From a virus, in IMG/VR virus record IMGVR_UViG_3300046713_000343: a stretch of DNA of 55,986 nt; one strand, given 5' to 3'. Below the pieces are notes generated by a model. That model made no database searches. It was not told the DNA's origin and was given only the letters and a program-made list of their open reading frames with translations. This document shows positions 1 through 8,999 of this stretch, one piece after another. The translations under genes and the position numbers were made by a program. Position 1 is the stretch's first letter. Each line of letters begins with the position of its first letter.

Positions 1-127
1 CCACAGCGACTGGGGCACGTATGGGCACCGGTGGAACATCGGGGCGCTCGGCAATGGGCAGTCGCTCCACACGTTCCTCGCGGAATGCGACGGCGAGTAC
101 GTCGCGCGCAAGCTGAAGCTGGGCACG
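1..127. repeat. Left copy of 127-bp terminal direct repeat (identical to 55860..55986)
   Basis: Read by eye: ccacagcgactggggcacgtatgggcacc...aagctgaagctgggcacg occurs at both ends. Confidence 0.9.
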
Positions 128-463
128 CAGTCGAAGTGCCTGGAAGACGTGCTCTGCCCGGAGAAATCCCTTCGCGAGCTCAGGCGCGAAATCTGCGGAG
201 CGCGGCGCTCCGGCGACTTGGGGAAGGACCGCGCCCGCGAACTGTTCGACCTGGCCGAGGAGTGGACACGCGGCGGCACCTTCATATACGACGACTGCCC
301 GGGCGCGCTCGCCGACTATCTGAGCCACGAGCAGCATGAATTTATGCTGCGCAAGCCATCGGCGCGGTTTCTATTCATCCGCGACAAGATCTGGCCGTTC
401 TTCGCCGCGTGGTTGAGCGAGAACGTGGTGAACCGTCCGCCGGCGGAGATGGCCAATGGCTGA
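2..463 (+). CDS. Hypothetical protein, 3' part of a gene that spans the circular junction (5' part at 55744..55986)
   Basis: Frame of 55744.. continues through the repeat into the listed ORF ending at 463; GC-rich third positions; stop overlaps next start. Confidence 0.75.
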   Translation, partial: HSDWGTYGHRWNIGALGNGQSLHTFLAECDGEYVARKLKLGTQSKCLEDVLCPEKSLRELRREICGARRSGDLGKDRARELFDLAEEWTRGGTFIYDDCPGALADYLSHEQHEFMLRKPSARFLFIRDKIWPFFAAWLSENVVNRPPAEMANG

Positions 464-1085
464 GCCGAGAGCGCGGCCGATCCTCTTCTCCGGCGAGATG
501 GTGCGCGCGATCCTCGCGGGCACCAAGACGCAGACGCGACGCGTGTGTCGACTCGTCAATCCGCGAAGCATGGAGGCCAAGGAGCGCTGTCCCTACGGCG
601 TGCCCGGTGATCGACTGTGGGTGCGCGAGACGTGGGGCGGCGACGACTGCTCCGGATACGCGTACCGGGCGGACCATCCCGACTGGGCACGCTTCCAAGG
701 TGACGGCGAGCAGCCGGACAGCGCATGGCGTCCTTCGATCCACATGCCGCGTCGCGCGTCGCGGCTCTTGCTTGAAGTCACCAGCGTCCGGGCCGAGCGC
801 TTGCACGACATCAGCGAGGAGGACGCCATCGCCGAGGGCGTGGCGATCCACGTGGATGCGACCGATTGCCCGCCGGGCATGGTGAGACCGCTTCACCAGC
901 TCACGCGCTCCCCGATGCTCCACGCGGGCATCAAGGCCAGCGCCGAGAACGCCTACCGCTGGGCCTACGCGTGCCTTTGGGAATCGATCAACGGCAAGCG
1001 CGCGCCGTGGGCATCCAACCCATGGGTGTGGGTCCTCAGTTTCCAGCGCGTCGAGGCGACGCAGAAAGAAGCGGCGCATGGCTGA
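456..1085 (+). CDS. ASCH-domain-like phage protein
   Basis: N-terminal ILFSGEMVRAILAGTKTQTRR and SIHMPRRASR..LEVTSVRAERL..ISEEDAIAEG pattern typical of phage ASCH/PUA-like proteins; ATG overlaps upstream stop. Confidence 0.6.
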   Translation: MAEPRARPILFSGEMVRAILAGTKTQTRRVCRLVNPRSMEAKERCPYGVPGDRLWVRETWGGDDCSGYAYRADHPDWARFQGDGEQPDSAWRPSIHMPRRASRLLLEVTSVRAERLHDISEEDAIAEGVAIHVDATDCPPGMVRPLHQLTRSPMLHAGIKASAENAYRWAYACLWESINGKRAPWASNPWVWVLSFQRVEATQKEAAHG

Positions 1086-2049
1086 CTCCGCGATCGAGTG
1101 GACCGACAAGAGTTGGAATCCAATCCGCGGCTGCAGCATCGTCTCGGCGGGCTGCAAGAACTGCTACGCGATGAAGCAGGCGCACCGCTTCTCTGGCGCC
1201 GGTCAGCCGTACGAAGGGCTGACGCAGCTCACGAAGAACGGGCCGGTCTGGACCGGGGCCGCGCGCTTCGCGCCAGAGATGCTCGACGCGCCGCTCAAGT
1301 GGCGCCAGCCCAAACGCATCTTCGTCAACAGCATGAGCGACCTCTTCCACGAGGACGTGACCTTCTATCAGATCGCTGCTGTGTTCGGCGTGATGGCGGC
1401 GTGCCGACAGCACACCTTTCAGGTCTTGACGAAACGCCCAGAACGCATGCGCGTCTGGTTCGAATGGCTCGATGTCCTTGCGGAGTCGGTGAAGGCCAAG
1501 TATCCGCACGAGCCCATCGAGGGCCGGTACGCGGAGGCGTTGATCAGTGCGGGCGTAAAGGTCTCCGACATGCCCAATGCAGTGCCGGCGTCTTGGCCAC
1601 TTCCGAACGTGTGGCTCGGCGTCAGCGCCGAGAACCAGGAGGCCGCAGACGAGCGAATCCCGCTACTGCAGCACTGCCCGGCTGCGCTGCGATTCGTCAG
1701 CGCCGAGCCGCTGCTCGGTAGCCTCTACATAACGTGGCGGCTGAAACGCACGCCTGAGAGTGGCGGTCTTCCCCCGATCGACTGGGTAATCGCGGGCGGC
1801 GAGAGCGGCCCGGGCGCGCGGCCGTGCGCGCTCGAGTGGATTGAGGGCCTCGTCGGTCAGTGCCGCGATCACGACGTGCCCGTATTCGTCAAACAACTCG
1901 GCGCGACCGTCGTCAGTACCCAGCGCACGACCGCCGGGGGCGACTGGGCTTGGTACGCCGGCCTCGCCGAGCGCAAGGGCGGCAACCCATCCGAGTGGCC
2001 CGTGCACCTAAACGTCCGCGAGTTCCCGGAGGTGCGCCGTGCCGGCTGA
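1078..2049 (+). CDS. Phage Gp37/Gp68 family protein (DUF5131)
   Basis: IEWTDKSWNPIRGCSIVSAGCKNCYA N-terminus and SAEPLL, GGESGPGARP motifs characteristic of the family. Confidence 0.85.
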   Translation: MADSAIEWTDKSWNPIRGCSIVSAGCKNCYAMKQAHRFSGAGQPYEGLTQLTKNGPVWTGAARFAPEMLDAPLKWRQPKRIFVNSMSDLFHEDVTFYQIAAVFGVMAACRQHTFQVLTKRPERMRVWFEWLDVLAESVKAKYPHEPIEGRYAEALISAGVKVSDMPNAVPASWPLPNVWLGVSAENQEAADERIPLLQHCPAALRFVSAEPLLGSLYITWRLKRTPESGGLPPIDWVIAGGESGPGARPCALEWIEGLVGQCRDHDVPVFVKQLGATVVSTQRTTAGGDWAWYAGLAERKGGNPSEWPVHLNVREFPEVRRAG

Positions 2050-2305
2050 GCTCGAACGCATCCACGTCATCTATGACCGCCCGCTCGACTGGCCCGTGCA
2101 CGTCGTCGTGCGCGCGTGGCGCGACGGTTTTGCCGAGAGGGGCGCAATCGCCTTCGCCAGCTTGAGCGAAGCGCGCCAGCACTGCCAGCGCCTCGGCTTG
2201 GTGTGCTTCGAGAAGGACCCGGCCAGCGATCCCGTGATCGTCGAGGTCTGGGCGCCCATCCGCACCGAGTGGCCATTCGGCATGAAGGCGGTCTCGCATG
2301 GCTGA
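2039..2305 (+). CDS. Hypothetical protein (88 aa)
   Basis: GTG start overlapping upstream stop, coding-like GC3, overlaps next start. Confidence 0.55.
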   Translation: MPAELERIHVIYDRPLDWPVHVVVRAWRDGFAERGAIAFASLSEARQHCQRLGLVCFEKDPASDPVIVEVWAPIRTEWPFGMKAVSHG

Positions 2306-2675
2306 GCCCACACAACGCGAGCAGTTGCTCGCCGCGGAGATCGACGCCGGCCTGCTCGACATCGAGGCCTCTGGCCTTGGCCAAGTGGAACACACGGTGT
2401 CGAACCGGATGCACATCGCGCGAGCGCTCGCGGCATACCGCGAGGAGCTCGGAGCCGCGCCGACCGTTCCGGCTCTCGCGCTCCTCTCGCCGCGCGAGCG
2501 CGAAGTCGTCGAGTGGCTGCTCGCAGGCCTGCGCCCGACGATCATCGCCGCGCGCGTCTCCATCAGCCACCACACGGTGAGAAATCACCTCAAGCACATC
2601 TTCCGCAAGCTGGGCGTCCGCTCGCAGATCGAGCTGCTCGCGTTCGTGCGCGGCGGGAGCGCTCCCCATGGATGA
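2298..2675 (+). CDS. LuxR/GerE-family HTH transcriptional regulator (no sensor domain recognisable)
   Basis: C-terminal LSPREREVVEWLLAGLRPTIIAARVSISHHTVRNHLKHIFRKLGVRSQIELL is a canonical GerE HTH. Confidence 0.85.
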   Translation: MAEPTQREQLLAAEIDAGLLDIEASGLGQVEHTVSNRMHIARALAAYREELGAAPTVPALALLSPREREVVEWLLAGLRPTIIAARVSISHHTVRNHLKHIFRKLGVRSQIELLAFVRGGSAPHG

Positions 2676-2904
2676 CCTGCGCGCCATCAAGGACCAGATC
2701 GAGGCGATGCCCGCGCACGAGCTGCTCTACTTCGCGGGCGGGCTGCTCAAGCGCGCCGAGTCGGAGCGCGACCCGCGCCGCAAGCTGAAGCTCGCGCGCG
2801 TCGCGCACAAGATCGCTGACCGCGTGGCAACCGAACTCGGCGCCGCCCTGGCGCTGCACGACCTGGAAGCCGCGCGCGCGCGGCAGAGCTCGAGAGGAGG
2901 CTGA
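2668..2904 (+). CDS. Hypothetical protein (78 aa)
   Basis: ATG overlapping upstream stop; helical-looking charged protein. Confidence 0.55.
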   Translation: MDDLRAIKDQIEAMPAHELLYFAGGLLKRAESERDPRRKLKLARVAHKIADRVATELGAALALHDLEAARARQSSRGG

Positions 2905-2906
2905 CC

Positions 2907-3215
2907 GTGGGCGCACTCAAGAAGCACGACGATGGCACGCCGGACGATGTGATGGTCGTCGCGACCGCGGGGCAGCTCCGCGCGCTGGTGCGCGCGGCGG
3001 TCCGCGAGGAGCTCGAGGGCACCAAGGCCGAGCCCACGCCCGAGTACCTCACGACGCACCAGGTCGCGGAGCTACTCCAGACGAGCCCGCGCAACGTTCG
3101 CTATTTCGTCACGCGCGGCCAGCTCCCCGCGCTGCGCGTGGGCACGGAGTACCGCTTCAAGCGCTCCACTGTCCTCGAGTACATGGAGCAACGCGAGAAG
3201 GGACAAGACGCGTGA
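2907..3215 (+). CDS. xis: Excisionase-family HTH DNA-binding protein
   Basis: LTTHQVAELLQTSPRNVRYFVTRGQLPALRVGTEYRFKRSTVLEYM matches excisionase/MerR-like HTH_17 pattern; stop overlaps integrase GTG (GTGA). Confidence 0.75.
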   Translation: MGALKKHDDGTPDDVMVVATAGQLRALVRAAVREELEGTKAEPTPEYLTTHQVAELLQTSPRNVRYFVTRGQLPALRVGTEYRFKRSTVLEYMEQREKGQDA

Positions 3216-4504
3216 GCAGTACCAGTTACCCCGCAGGCATCTACAACCGGGCACTCCCGGGCCAGCCGCCTAATCTTTGGATGCGATACACCATCACGCA
3301 CGAGCTGCAGGCGAAGCACGGCCTCAAGTCGCGCAACGTCCGCGAGCCGACGGAGGTCGCTGAGAAGCGCGCCGCCACGGCCCTCCGCGCTGCGCGCCTG
3401 CGAGACGTCAAGGAAGGCACGTGGAAGCCCACGACCGAGGGCGGCGCATCGGGCCCTCTGGTCGAGACCTACGGCGAGCAGTGGATCGAGAAGCGAGAGA
3501 AATCCGGCGTCATCACCATCTCCGACGAAGCGCAGCGGCTTCGCACCTACGTGTTCCCGGTCATCGGCAAGAAGGCCCTCAGCGCCGTGCGACGTCCCGA
3601 GGTGGTCGAGCTCATGGCGAAGATCCAGAGCGAGCCTTCGAAGCACACCCACAAGCCGCACGCGCCGCGCAACATCCACCGTATCTACGAGGCGCTGCGC
3701 ACCATGTACTCGACCGCCGTGCTCGACGACGTCGTGCTCGCCTCGCCCTGCACGCTGCGCGTGAGGCGCGGCGAGCTCCCGCCCAAGAAGGACAAGAACC
3801 CGCGCTGGCGCGCGCTCGCCATCTTCACGCGCGACGAGGTCGAGCAGTTGATCAGCGACGAGCGCATCCCGCTTCAGCGCCGGGTGTACTACGCGATCGC
3901 GTTCCTCGCGGGCATGCGACTCGGCGAGGTCTCTGGGCGCCGCTTCAGGGACTACGACGACAAAGCGGTCCCGCTCGGGCAACTTCTCGTCGCGACGCAG
4001 TACGACGACAAGGACCTCAAGGGCGACCGTCCCTCGCGCGAAGTGCCAGTGCATCCGACGCTCGCGAAGGTACTCGCCGAGTGGCGCCTGCATGGCTTCG
4101 CGCTCGTCTACGGTCGCCACCCGACGCCTGAGGACTTCATCGTTCCGAAGCGCGCCATCGGCCGCAACCGCCTCGGCAATCGCCTCGGCATCACGCCCGG
4201 CGCGCAGCAGCAGCAAAACGTCTGGCGCAACTTTCAGGTCGACCTGAAGAAGATCGGCCTGCGCCCGCGGCGCGTCCACGACACGCGCCGCACGTTCATC
4301 AGCCTCTCGAAGGCGGACGGCGCCGACAAGTACCTCTGCCGCTGGGTCACGCACGGGCCGCGCAAGGAAGACGCCTGGGACGACTACAACTCGCCGCCCT
4401 GGGACGCGCTCTGTGAGCAGGTCGCAAAGCTCAAGATCGGGTTGCGCGGGCGCGCGGCGGTCGTGTCGATCAACAAGAAGAGCGCTCAGCGCAAGAAGCC
4501 ATAG
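3212..4504 (+). CDS. int: Tyrosine site-specific integrase
   Basis: N-terminal SAM-like arm/core binding region, C-terminal catalytic region with AFLAGMRLGEV (Arg box) and HDTRRTFISL (HxxR box). Confidence 0.9.
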   Translation: MSSTSYPAGIYNRALPGQPPNLWMRYTITHELQAKHGLKSRNVREPTEVAEKRAATALRAARLRDVKEGTWKPTTEGGASGPLVETYGEQWIEKREKSGVITISDEAQRLRTYVFPVIGKKALSAVRRPEVVELMAKIQSEPSKHTHKPHAPRNIHRIYEALRTMYSTAVLDDVVLASPCTLRVRRGELPPKKDKNPRWRALAIFTRDEVEQLISDERIPLQRRVYYAIAFLAGMRLGEVSGRRFRDYDDKAVPLGQLLVATQYDDKDLKGDRPSREVPVHPTLAKVLAEWRLHGFALVYGRHPTPEDFIVPKRAIGRNRLGNRLGITPGAQQQQNVWRNFQVDLKKIGLRPRRVHDTRRTFISLSKADGADKYLCRWVTHGPRKEDAWDDYNSPPWDALCEQVAKLKIGLRGRAAVVSINKKSAQRKKP

Positions 4505-4512
4505 GAGGACAC

Positions 4513-4809
4513 GTGACCAAGCTGTTCAAAGCGAAGTTGATGCGCACCGACGGCACGGTCGAAGACGTGCAGATCAAGGCGTCGACCGGCGCCATCTACG
4601 AGCTGCTCGACTGCCGTGCGATCGACACCGTGCGCACGAGCGAGGGTTGGCTCGTTGTCGACGACGAGGGCCTCTTGAAGATGCGACCGAACAACGAGCG
4701 CGCGTCGAAGCTCTACCCCGCTCCGACCGGCATCGCCGGCCCGGCCCTCTTCTTCACGCATGCCGAGTGGGAAGCCTACGACGGAGCTTTCGGGCATGAC
4801 CCAGAGTAA
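4513..4809 (+). CDS. Hypothetical protein, DUF3846-like
   Basis: GTG start 5 nt after AGGAGG; GWLVVDDEGLLKMRPNNERAS pattern resembles DUF3846. Confidence 0.6.
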   Translation: MTKLFKAKLMRTDGTVEDVQIKASTGAIYELLDCRAIDTVRTSEGWLVVDDEGLLKMRPNNERASKLYPAPTGIAGPALFFTHAEWEAYDGAFGHDPE

Positions 4810-5071
4810 CGCCAGCCAACGCGCGCCCACCTACGACGCGCTCACGACCGCCAGCGTGGAGCTCGAGGACGCCGCCCGTCGCTACCGCAGCGACGCCCGC
4901 GAGATCGAGGGCCGGCAAGACAGCGACGACACGCTCGCCGACTCGTATCGCGCACACGCCGATCAACTTGAATCGGTGATGCGCTACCTCGACGAGGTGC
5001 TGCGGCCCGGGGCCAAGGTTGCCGAGCTCGCCGAGCAGGGAGGAATGCAGGATGCCCATCCATCGAAATGA
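4796..5071 (+). CDS. Hypothetical acidic protein (91 aa)
   Basis: ATG at 4796 within listed ORF 4760..5071; acidic helical sequence. Confidence 0.5.
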   Translation: MTQSNASQRAPTYDALTTASVELEDAARRYRSDAREIEGRQDSDDTLADSYRAHADQLESVMRYLDEVLRPGAKVAELAEQGGMQDAHPSK

Positions 5072-5297
5072 ACCGCCGCGCGAGCCGCCTCCGGGTGTCT
5101 GGGGGCTGATCAGGGAGCGCGCACAGGCGCTGCTCTCACACGCCGAGCGGACCTACGGCGCGCTCGAGCACGTCAATGCGGGAGGTCTACTCGCGGCCGG
5201 CGTTGCGGCCATGAAGGCGACCGGAGCCGGCGAGGAGGAGGTGCTGCGCATCGCGCTCAGGATCTACCGCGACAGCGACTTCAAGCTCATCTCTTAG
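5052..5297 (+). CDS. Hypothetical protein (81 aa)
   Basis: ATG at 5052 preceded by GGGAGGA; last gene before the attP-like intergenic region. Confidence 0.55.
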   Translation: MPIHRNEPPREPPPGVWGLIRERAQALLSHAERTYGALEHVNAGGLLAAGVAAMKATGAGEEEVLRIALRIYRDSDFKLIS

Positions 5298-5384
5298 TTC
5301 CGCGTAGGACCGCGGCGTAGCACAAAACGCAGCACAGTCGGGGAAGGCGGTTCAAAAACATGAATGATAATCATATATTGCGAG

Positions 5385-5407
5385 TGCCGAGGGCGGGACT
5401 CGAACCC
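5385..5407 (-). other. Putative attP core: 3' fragment of a tRNA (T-loop, T-stem 3' strand, acceptor 3' strand CCTCGGC, discriminator A)
   Basis: Minus strand reads GGGTTCGAGTCCCGCCCTCGGCA. No matching 5' acceptor strand lies upstream, so it is not a complete tRNA. It sits in a 247-bp intergenic gap next to an AT-rich patch, about 0.9 kb from int. Confidence 0.55.
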
Positions 5408-5544
5408 TGCCAAGTTGGCGGAATACCGGGGAAAACAGCGAGTCACAGGGAAATCTCCCCACTCTGGGGACACCTGTTTTTCCGGCCTATCGCCCGTGTG
5501 ACACGCAGCAGAGCACGCGTGCTGTGCTGCGGTGGGGCCGGCTC

Positions 5545-5910
5545 ATGAACCCGGGTCTCACCCTCGGCGATCTCATCGCCCTGCTTGAGCGGCGCGACCC
5601 GACCGAGCCGGTCGTCTTCGACTTCTGCGGGATGCAGCCGACCCGCCTCGAGTCCTACCGCGGCTACTACTGCGAGCTCGCCCTCGGTCACGCCCCAGGC
5701 GTGTCGAATGGCCCGACCGTCGCCACGCTGCTGCCCATCCTGCGCGCCGCCCTCGGCGCCACCTTCACGGGCTACAAGGGCGGGACGTATCGCATGCACG
5801 TCGGCACGCGGGTCTGGGTCGATAACCCTGGCGAGGCGAGCGGCACCGCGATCGTCGGGGTCGCCGACGACGACATCACGACGGTGCTGCTCACCGGGTA
5901 CGAGCAATGA
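5545..5910 (+). CDS. Hypothetical phage protein (121 aa)
   Basis: ATG at 5545 inside listed ORF 5524..5910; coding-like composition. Confidence 0.65.
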   Translation: MNPGLTLGDLIALLERRDPTEPVVFDFCGMQPTRLESYRGYYCELALGHAPGVSNGPTVATLLPILRAALGATFTGYKGGTYRMHVGTRVWVDNPGEASGTAIVGVADDDITTVLLTGYEQ

Positions 5911-5934
5911 CCCCGGCGGAGAACGAGGCGCACC

Positions 5935-6237
5935 ATGGGTGACCTCATCCGGTTCGATCGTGGGCGTCCCAAGTACCTCATGGGCATGGGGGGCGAGGAG
6001 CTGCGCCGAGAGTGGCGAGCCACGCAAGACGACCTGATCACATTGAGCGGGGAACAGGTCCGCATCGCGGAGGCCCTTTGGCCCGACGGCGGCGAGGGCC
6101 CCTCGGACTGGCGCGAGGCAGGCGTGACCGGCGACGAGCTCGTCGCCGGCGTGAAGAGCCTGCACGAGTACGCCGATCGGCTGCTCGAAGAGAACGAGTG
6201 GCTACGCGCCGAAGTCGCAGCCCGGAGGCGGCCATGA
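5935..6237 (+). CDS. Hypothetical protein (100 aa)
   Basis: Listed ORF; stop overlaps next ATG (ATGA). Confidence 0.6.
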   Translation: MGDLIRFDRGRPKYLMGMGGEELRREWRATQDDLITLSGEQVRIAEALWPDGGEGPSDWREAGVTGDELVAGVKSLHEYADRLLEENEWLRAEVAARRRP

Positions 6238-6548
6238 TCGGCGCCGTCGAGACGGTGCACCACACCGCCGAAGGCGCGCGTGCGATGCGCGCGCAGAAGG
6301 GCGCCATCGAGGCGCACTGCCGGCGCATCTTCCGGGCGCGCAGCGCGCGGGTGTCCCGCTATCTCTGGTACCCGCCCCGGGCCACCGTCGAGCTCGCGGT
6401 CCCGTGGTGGCGTGCGCACTGGCTCTGGCTGAACTGGCGCAAGCTCCAATGCGAGGCGCTCCGCGATGCCTGCCTCGAGGTGTCCGGGCTCGTGCTGCTC
6501 GAGTTCCGCGTGAACTTCGTGCTCCGTGGAGACGCGCGCGATGCGTGA
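6234..6548 (+). CDS. Hypothetical protein (104 aa)
   Basis: ATG at 6234 within listed ORF 6012..6548, coupled to flanking genes. Confidence 0.5.
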   Translation: MIGAVETVHHTAEGARAMRAQKGAIEAHCRRIFRARSARVSRYLWYPPRATVELAVPWWRAHWLWLNWRKLQCEALRDACLEVSGLVLLEFRVNFVLRGDARDA

Positions 6549-7977
6549 GCTCGTCTACCGCGCCTTTTTCCCGTTCGGTGGATCAGGACTCGGCGCCCGC
6601 GGCTTTCTCGACGCCGCCGTCACCCTGCCCAGCTTCGGCGTCGGGGCGCGCTTCGAGTGCATGGGCGGCATCGACATCGACCCGCTCGGCTGCGCAGACT
6701 TCGAGTACCTCACGGGGACGCCCGAGCTGTGCTCGCCCGTCGAGTCCCTCACGGTGGCCGACGTCGTGCGCCGCTTTGGCCCGCGCGCGCCGGACTGCGT
6801 CTTCATGAGCCCGCCCTGCAAGGGCGCCTCCGGGCTGCTGAGCGAGGAGAGGTCGCAGACCGCGAAGTACGCGCGCATGAACGAGCTCGCGCTGACGTGG
6901 ACGCGCCTCATGCTCGCGGCCTGGGGCGACGACCCGCCTCCGCTCGTGCTGCTCGAGAACGTGCCGCGGCTCAAGACGCGTGCGGCCAAGATGCTGAAGG
7001 CGATCCGGAAGCTGCTCCGCGGCGCCGGCTACGTGCTCACCGACGCTTTCCACGACTGCGGCGAGCTCGGCGGGTTGGCTCAACGCAGGCGCCGCTACCT
7101 GCTGGTCGCTCGCCATCCTGGCAAGTGCCCGCCCGTGCTCTATCAGCCCCCAGCGAAGCGGGTGCGCGGCTGCGGGGAGGTGCTCTCGCAACTGCCCGTG
7201 CCTGGCACGATCGAGGCGCGAGCGTTCGGGCGCATGCACGAGCTGCCGAAGCTGTCGTGGCTGAACTGGATCCGGCTCTCGTTGATTCCCGCCGGCGGCG
7301 ACTGGCGCGACCTCGAGGGCGTGCTCGCCGAAGGGCAAGCGCGGCGCGAGCAGTTCAAGCGGCACGCGGTCGAAGACTGGGCGGAGCCCACGGGCACGGT
7401 CGGAGGGAGCGGTTCGAACGGCGTCGCCAACGTCGCCGATCCGCGCATCCGCGTCGCCTTCGACGCAGGCTACGCGGTGCTCCGCTGGGAGGATCCCGCC
7501 CGCACGGTCGCTGGCGGCTCGGCCGTCGGCCAAGGCGCCTACGCGGTCGCCGACATCCGCGTCGGCAGCGGACCACGCGCGGGCGCTTACGGCGTGCTCA
7601 ACTGGGACGAACACGCGAAGACGATCACGGGACATCTGCAGCACGACAACGGCGCGGCCGCGGTCGCCGATCCCCGCAAGCCACCGCCGTTCGTACCCGT
7701 GATCATCGCGGCCGACGACACGTGGCATCGACCGTTGAGCACGCTCGAGCTTGCAGCCTTGCAGGGCTTCCCGCTGATCGTGCGCGGCGAGCCGCTCAAG
7801 CTCGCGGGCACCAGCCATAGCAAGTGGCGTGAACGCATCGGCAACGCCGTGCCGGCACCGGCCGCTCGCGCGATCGCCGAGAAGATGTTGATCGCCTTGG
7901 CCGAGTCATCGCTCGGGACCTTCTCGCTCAGCAGCGACGCAGTTTGGGTGCTGCCTGAAGCGGAGGCGCGCTCATGA
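6541..7977 (+). CDS. DNA (cytosine-5)-methyltransferase
   Basis: Motif I FPFGGSGLG, motif IV SPPCKGAS, motif VI ENV, motif VIII QRRRRYLLV, motif X GNAVP all present in canonical order. Confidence 0.9.
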   Translation: MRELVYRAFFPFGGSGLGARGFLDAAVTLPSFGVGARFECMGGIDIDPLGCADFEYLTGTPELCSPVESLTVADVVRRFGPRAPDCVFMSPPCKGASGLLSEERSQTAKYARMNELALTWTRLMLAAWGDDPPPLVLLENVPRLKTRAAKMLKAIRKLLRGAGYVLTDAFHDCGELGGLAQRRRRYLLVARHPGKCPPVLYQPPAKRVRGCGEVLSQLPVPGTIEARAFGRMHELPKLSWLNWIRLSLIPAGGDWRDLEGVLAEGQARREQFKRHAVEDWAEPTGTVGGSGSNGVANVADPRIRVAFDAGYAVLRWEDPARTVAGGSAVGQGAYAVADIRVGSGPRAGAYGVLNWDEHAKTITGHLQHDNGAAAVADPRKPPPFVPVIIAADDTWHRPLSTLELAALQGFPLIVRGEPLKLAGTSHSKWRERIGNAVPAPAARAIAEKMLIALAESSLGTFSLSSDAVWVLPEAEARS

Positions 7978-8999
7978 GCCGGCGACGCGGCAAGCTCCCC
8001 ACGAACGGGTGGCACAAGGTCGGCACCGCCGAGCCCACGCGGAAGCCGCGCGCCAGCGAGCGCGGGTTTCGTCGTCGGGTGGCCCGGCAGCTCACTCTGG
8101 ATCTGAGTGCAGTGCTGCCTGCGTCGAAGCCGAAGATCGAAGCCGACCCGCATGCGAAAGCCGTCGCGACCGCGGCGGTCCGCGCCGTCACCCGGCTGCA
8201 TGCGCTCTGGCCCGAGAACGACCTCGGCTATCCGATGCTGAGAGGCCTGGTGATCCAGGTGGCCTACAGCGAGCTCGCACGTGCGCGCGGGTTGCGCTGC
8301 GCGCCGGTCGAGCTTGCCATGCCGGAGATCGCACACGCCTTGGGCGAGGTGCGGGCGATCTTCGGCGCGCTGCCGCTCGCCGACCTCACACCGGAGCACT
8401 TCGGGCACGTGCACGAGGTGCTCACCGACTACGGCGTCGTCGACGGCCAGATCGCCCGCGTGGGTGGACGCCGCAAGGGCGGCGTGCACTTCACGCCGCC
8501 GTCGCTCACGACGCCGATCGTCAGGCGCACGCTCGAGCCGCTCTACCCGTTGGTTCCGCCGGAGAGGACGCTCCACCTGCGCATATGCGACCCCGCGGTC
8601 GGAGCCGGCGCCTTTCTGCTCGCGCTGATGCGCGAGCTCGGGCCGCGGGTGCTCGGCGCTGGGCTGGCGAAGGACCTCGACGAGGCCAAGCGCCTGGTGG
8701 CGATCCACTGCGCCTACGGCGTCGACAAGTGCCGCTACGCGGTCTACGCGTGCGAGCTCGCTCTGCGGCTCGAGTGCCGCGCCGACCGAATGCCGCAAGA
8801 CTGGCTGGCTGACAACCTCAAGCACGGTGACGCGCTGGTCGGCCTGATGAACGATCAGATCAAGGCCTTCCACTGGAAGCGCGAGCGCACGCCGGAGCCG
8901 TTCCTCGATGAGCTGGTCGAGCGCGCAATGAAGGAGGCGGCGCGCGCCCGGCAAGCGCGCATGGCGGACCTCGCTCAGATCGCTCGAGGTGCCGCGTGA
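7974..8999 (+). CDS. N6-adenine methyltransferase-like protein (Eco57I/type IIG-like N-terminal half) lacking the NPPY/F catalytic motif
   Basis: GGVHFTPPSL (motif X-like), ICDPAVGAGAFLLAL (motif I), YGVDKCRYAVYACELAL, NLKHGDALVG and AFHWKRE..PEPF are present. The protein ends before any (N/D)PP(Y/F/W). Confidence 0.65.
   Translation: MSRRRGKLPTNGWHKVGTAEPTRKPRASERGFRRRVARQLTLDLSAVLPASKPKIEADPHAKAVATAAVRAVTRLHALWPENDLGYPMLRGLVIQVAYSELARARGLRCAPVELAMPEIAHALGEVRAIFGALPLADLTPEHFGHVHEVLTDYGVVDGQIARVGGRRKGGVHFTPPSLTTPIVRRTLEPLYPLVPPERTLHLRICDPAVGAGAFLLALMRELGPRVLGAGLAKDLDEAKRLVAIHCAYGVDKCRYAVYACELALRLECRADRMPQDWLADNLKHGDALVGLMNDQIKAFHWKRERTPEPFLDELVERAMKEAARARQARMADLAQIARGAA

Noticed and set aside
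1-127. Terminal repeats as att sites or LTR-like ends of an integrated element
   Set aside because: A continuous ORF reads through the repeat, and the int-proximal attP candidate lies elsewhere (about 5.4 kb). The repeat length fits an assembly overlap.
5410-5435. Plus-strand GCCAAGTTGGCGGAATACCGG resembling the 5' end/D-arm of a tRNA-Leu
   Set aside because: No matching 3' acceptor strand or T-arm lies downstream on the plus strand, so the resemblance is likely coincidental.
5385-5470. Possible intact tRNA gene on the minus strand
   Set aside because: Only the T-loop through discriminator part is tRNA-like. T-stem positions 49-50 do not pair and no complementary 5' acceptor strand (GCCGAGG) occurs upstream. 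It is interpreted as an attP fragment instead.
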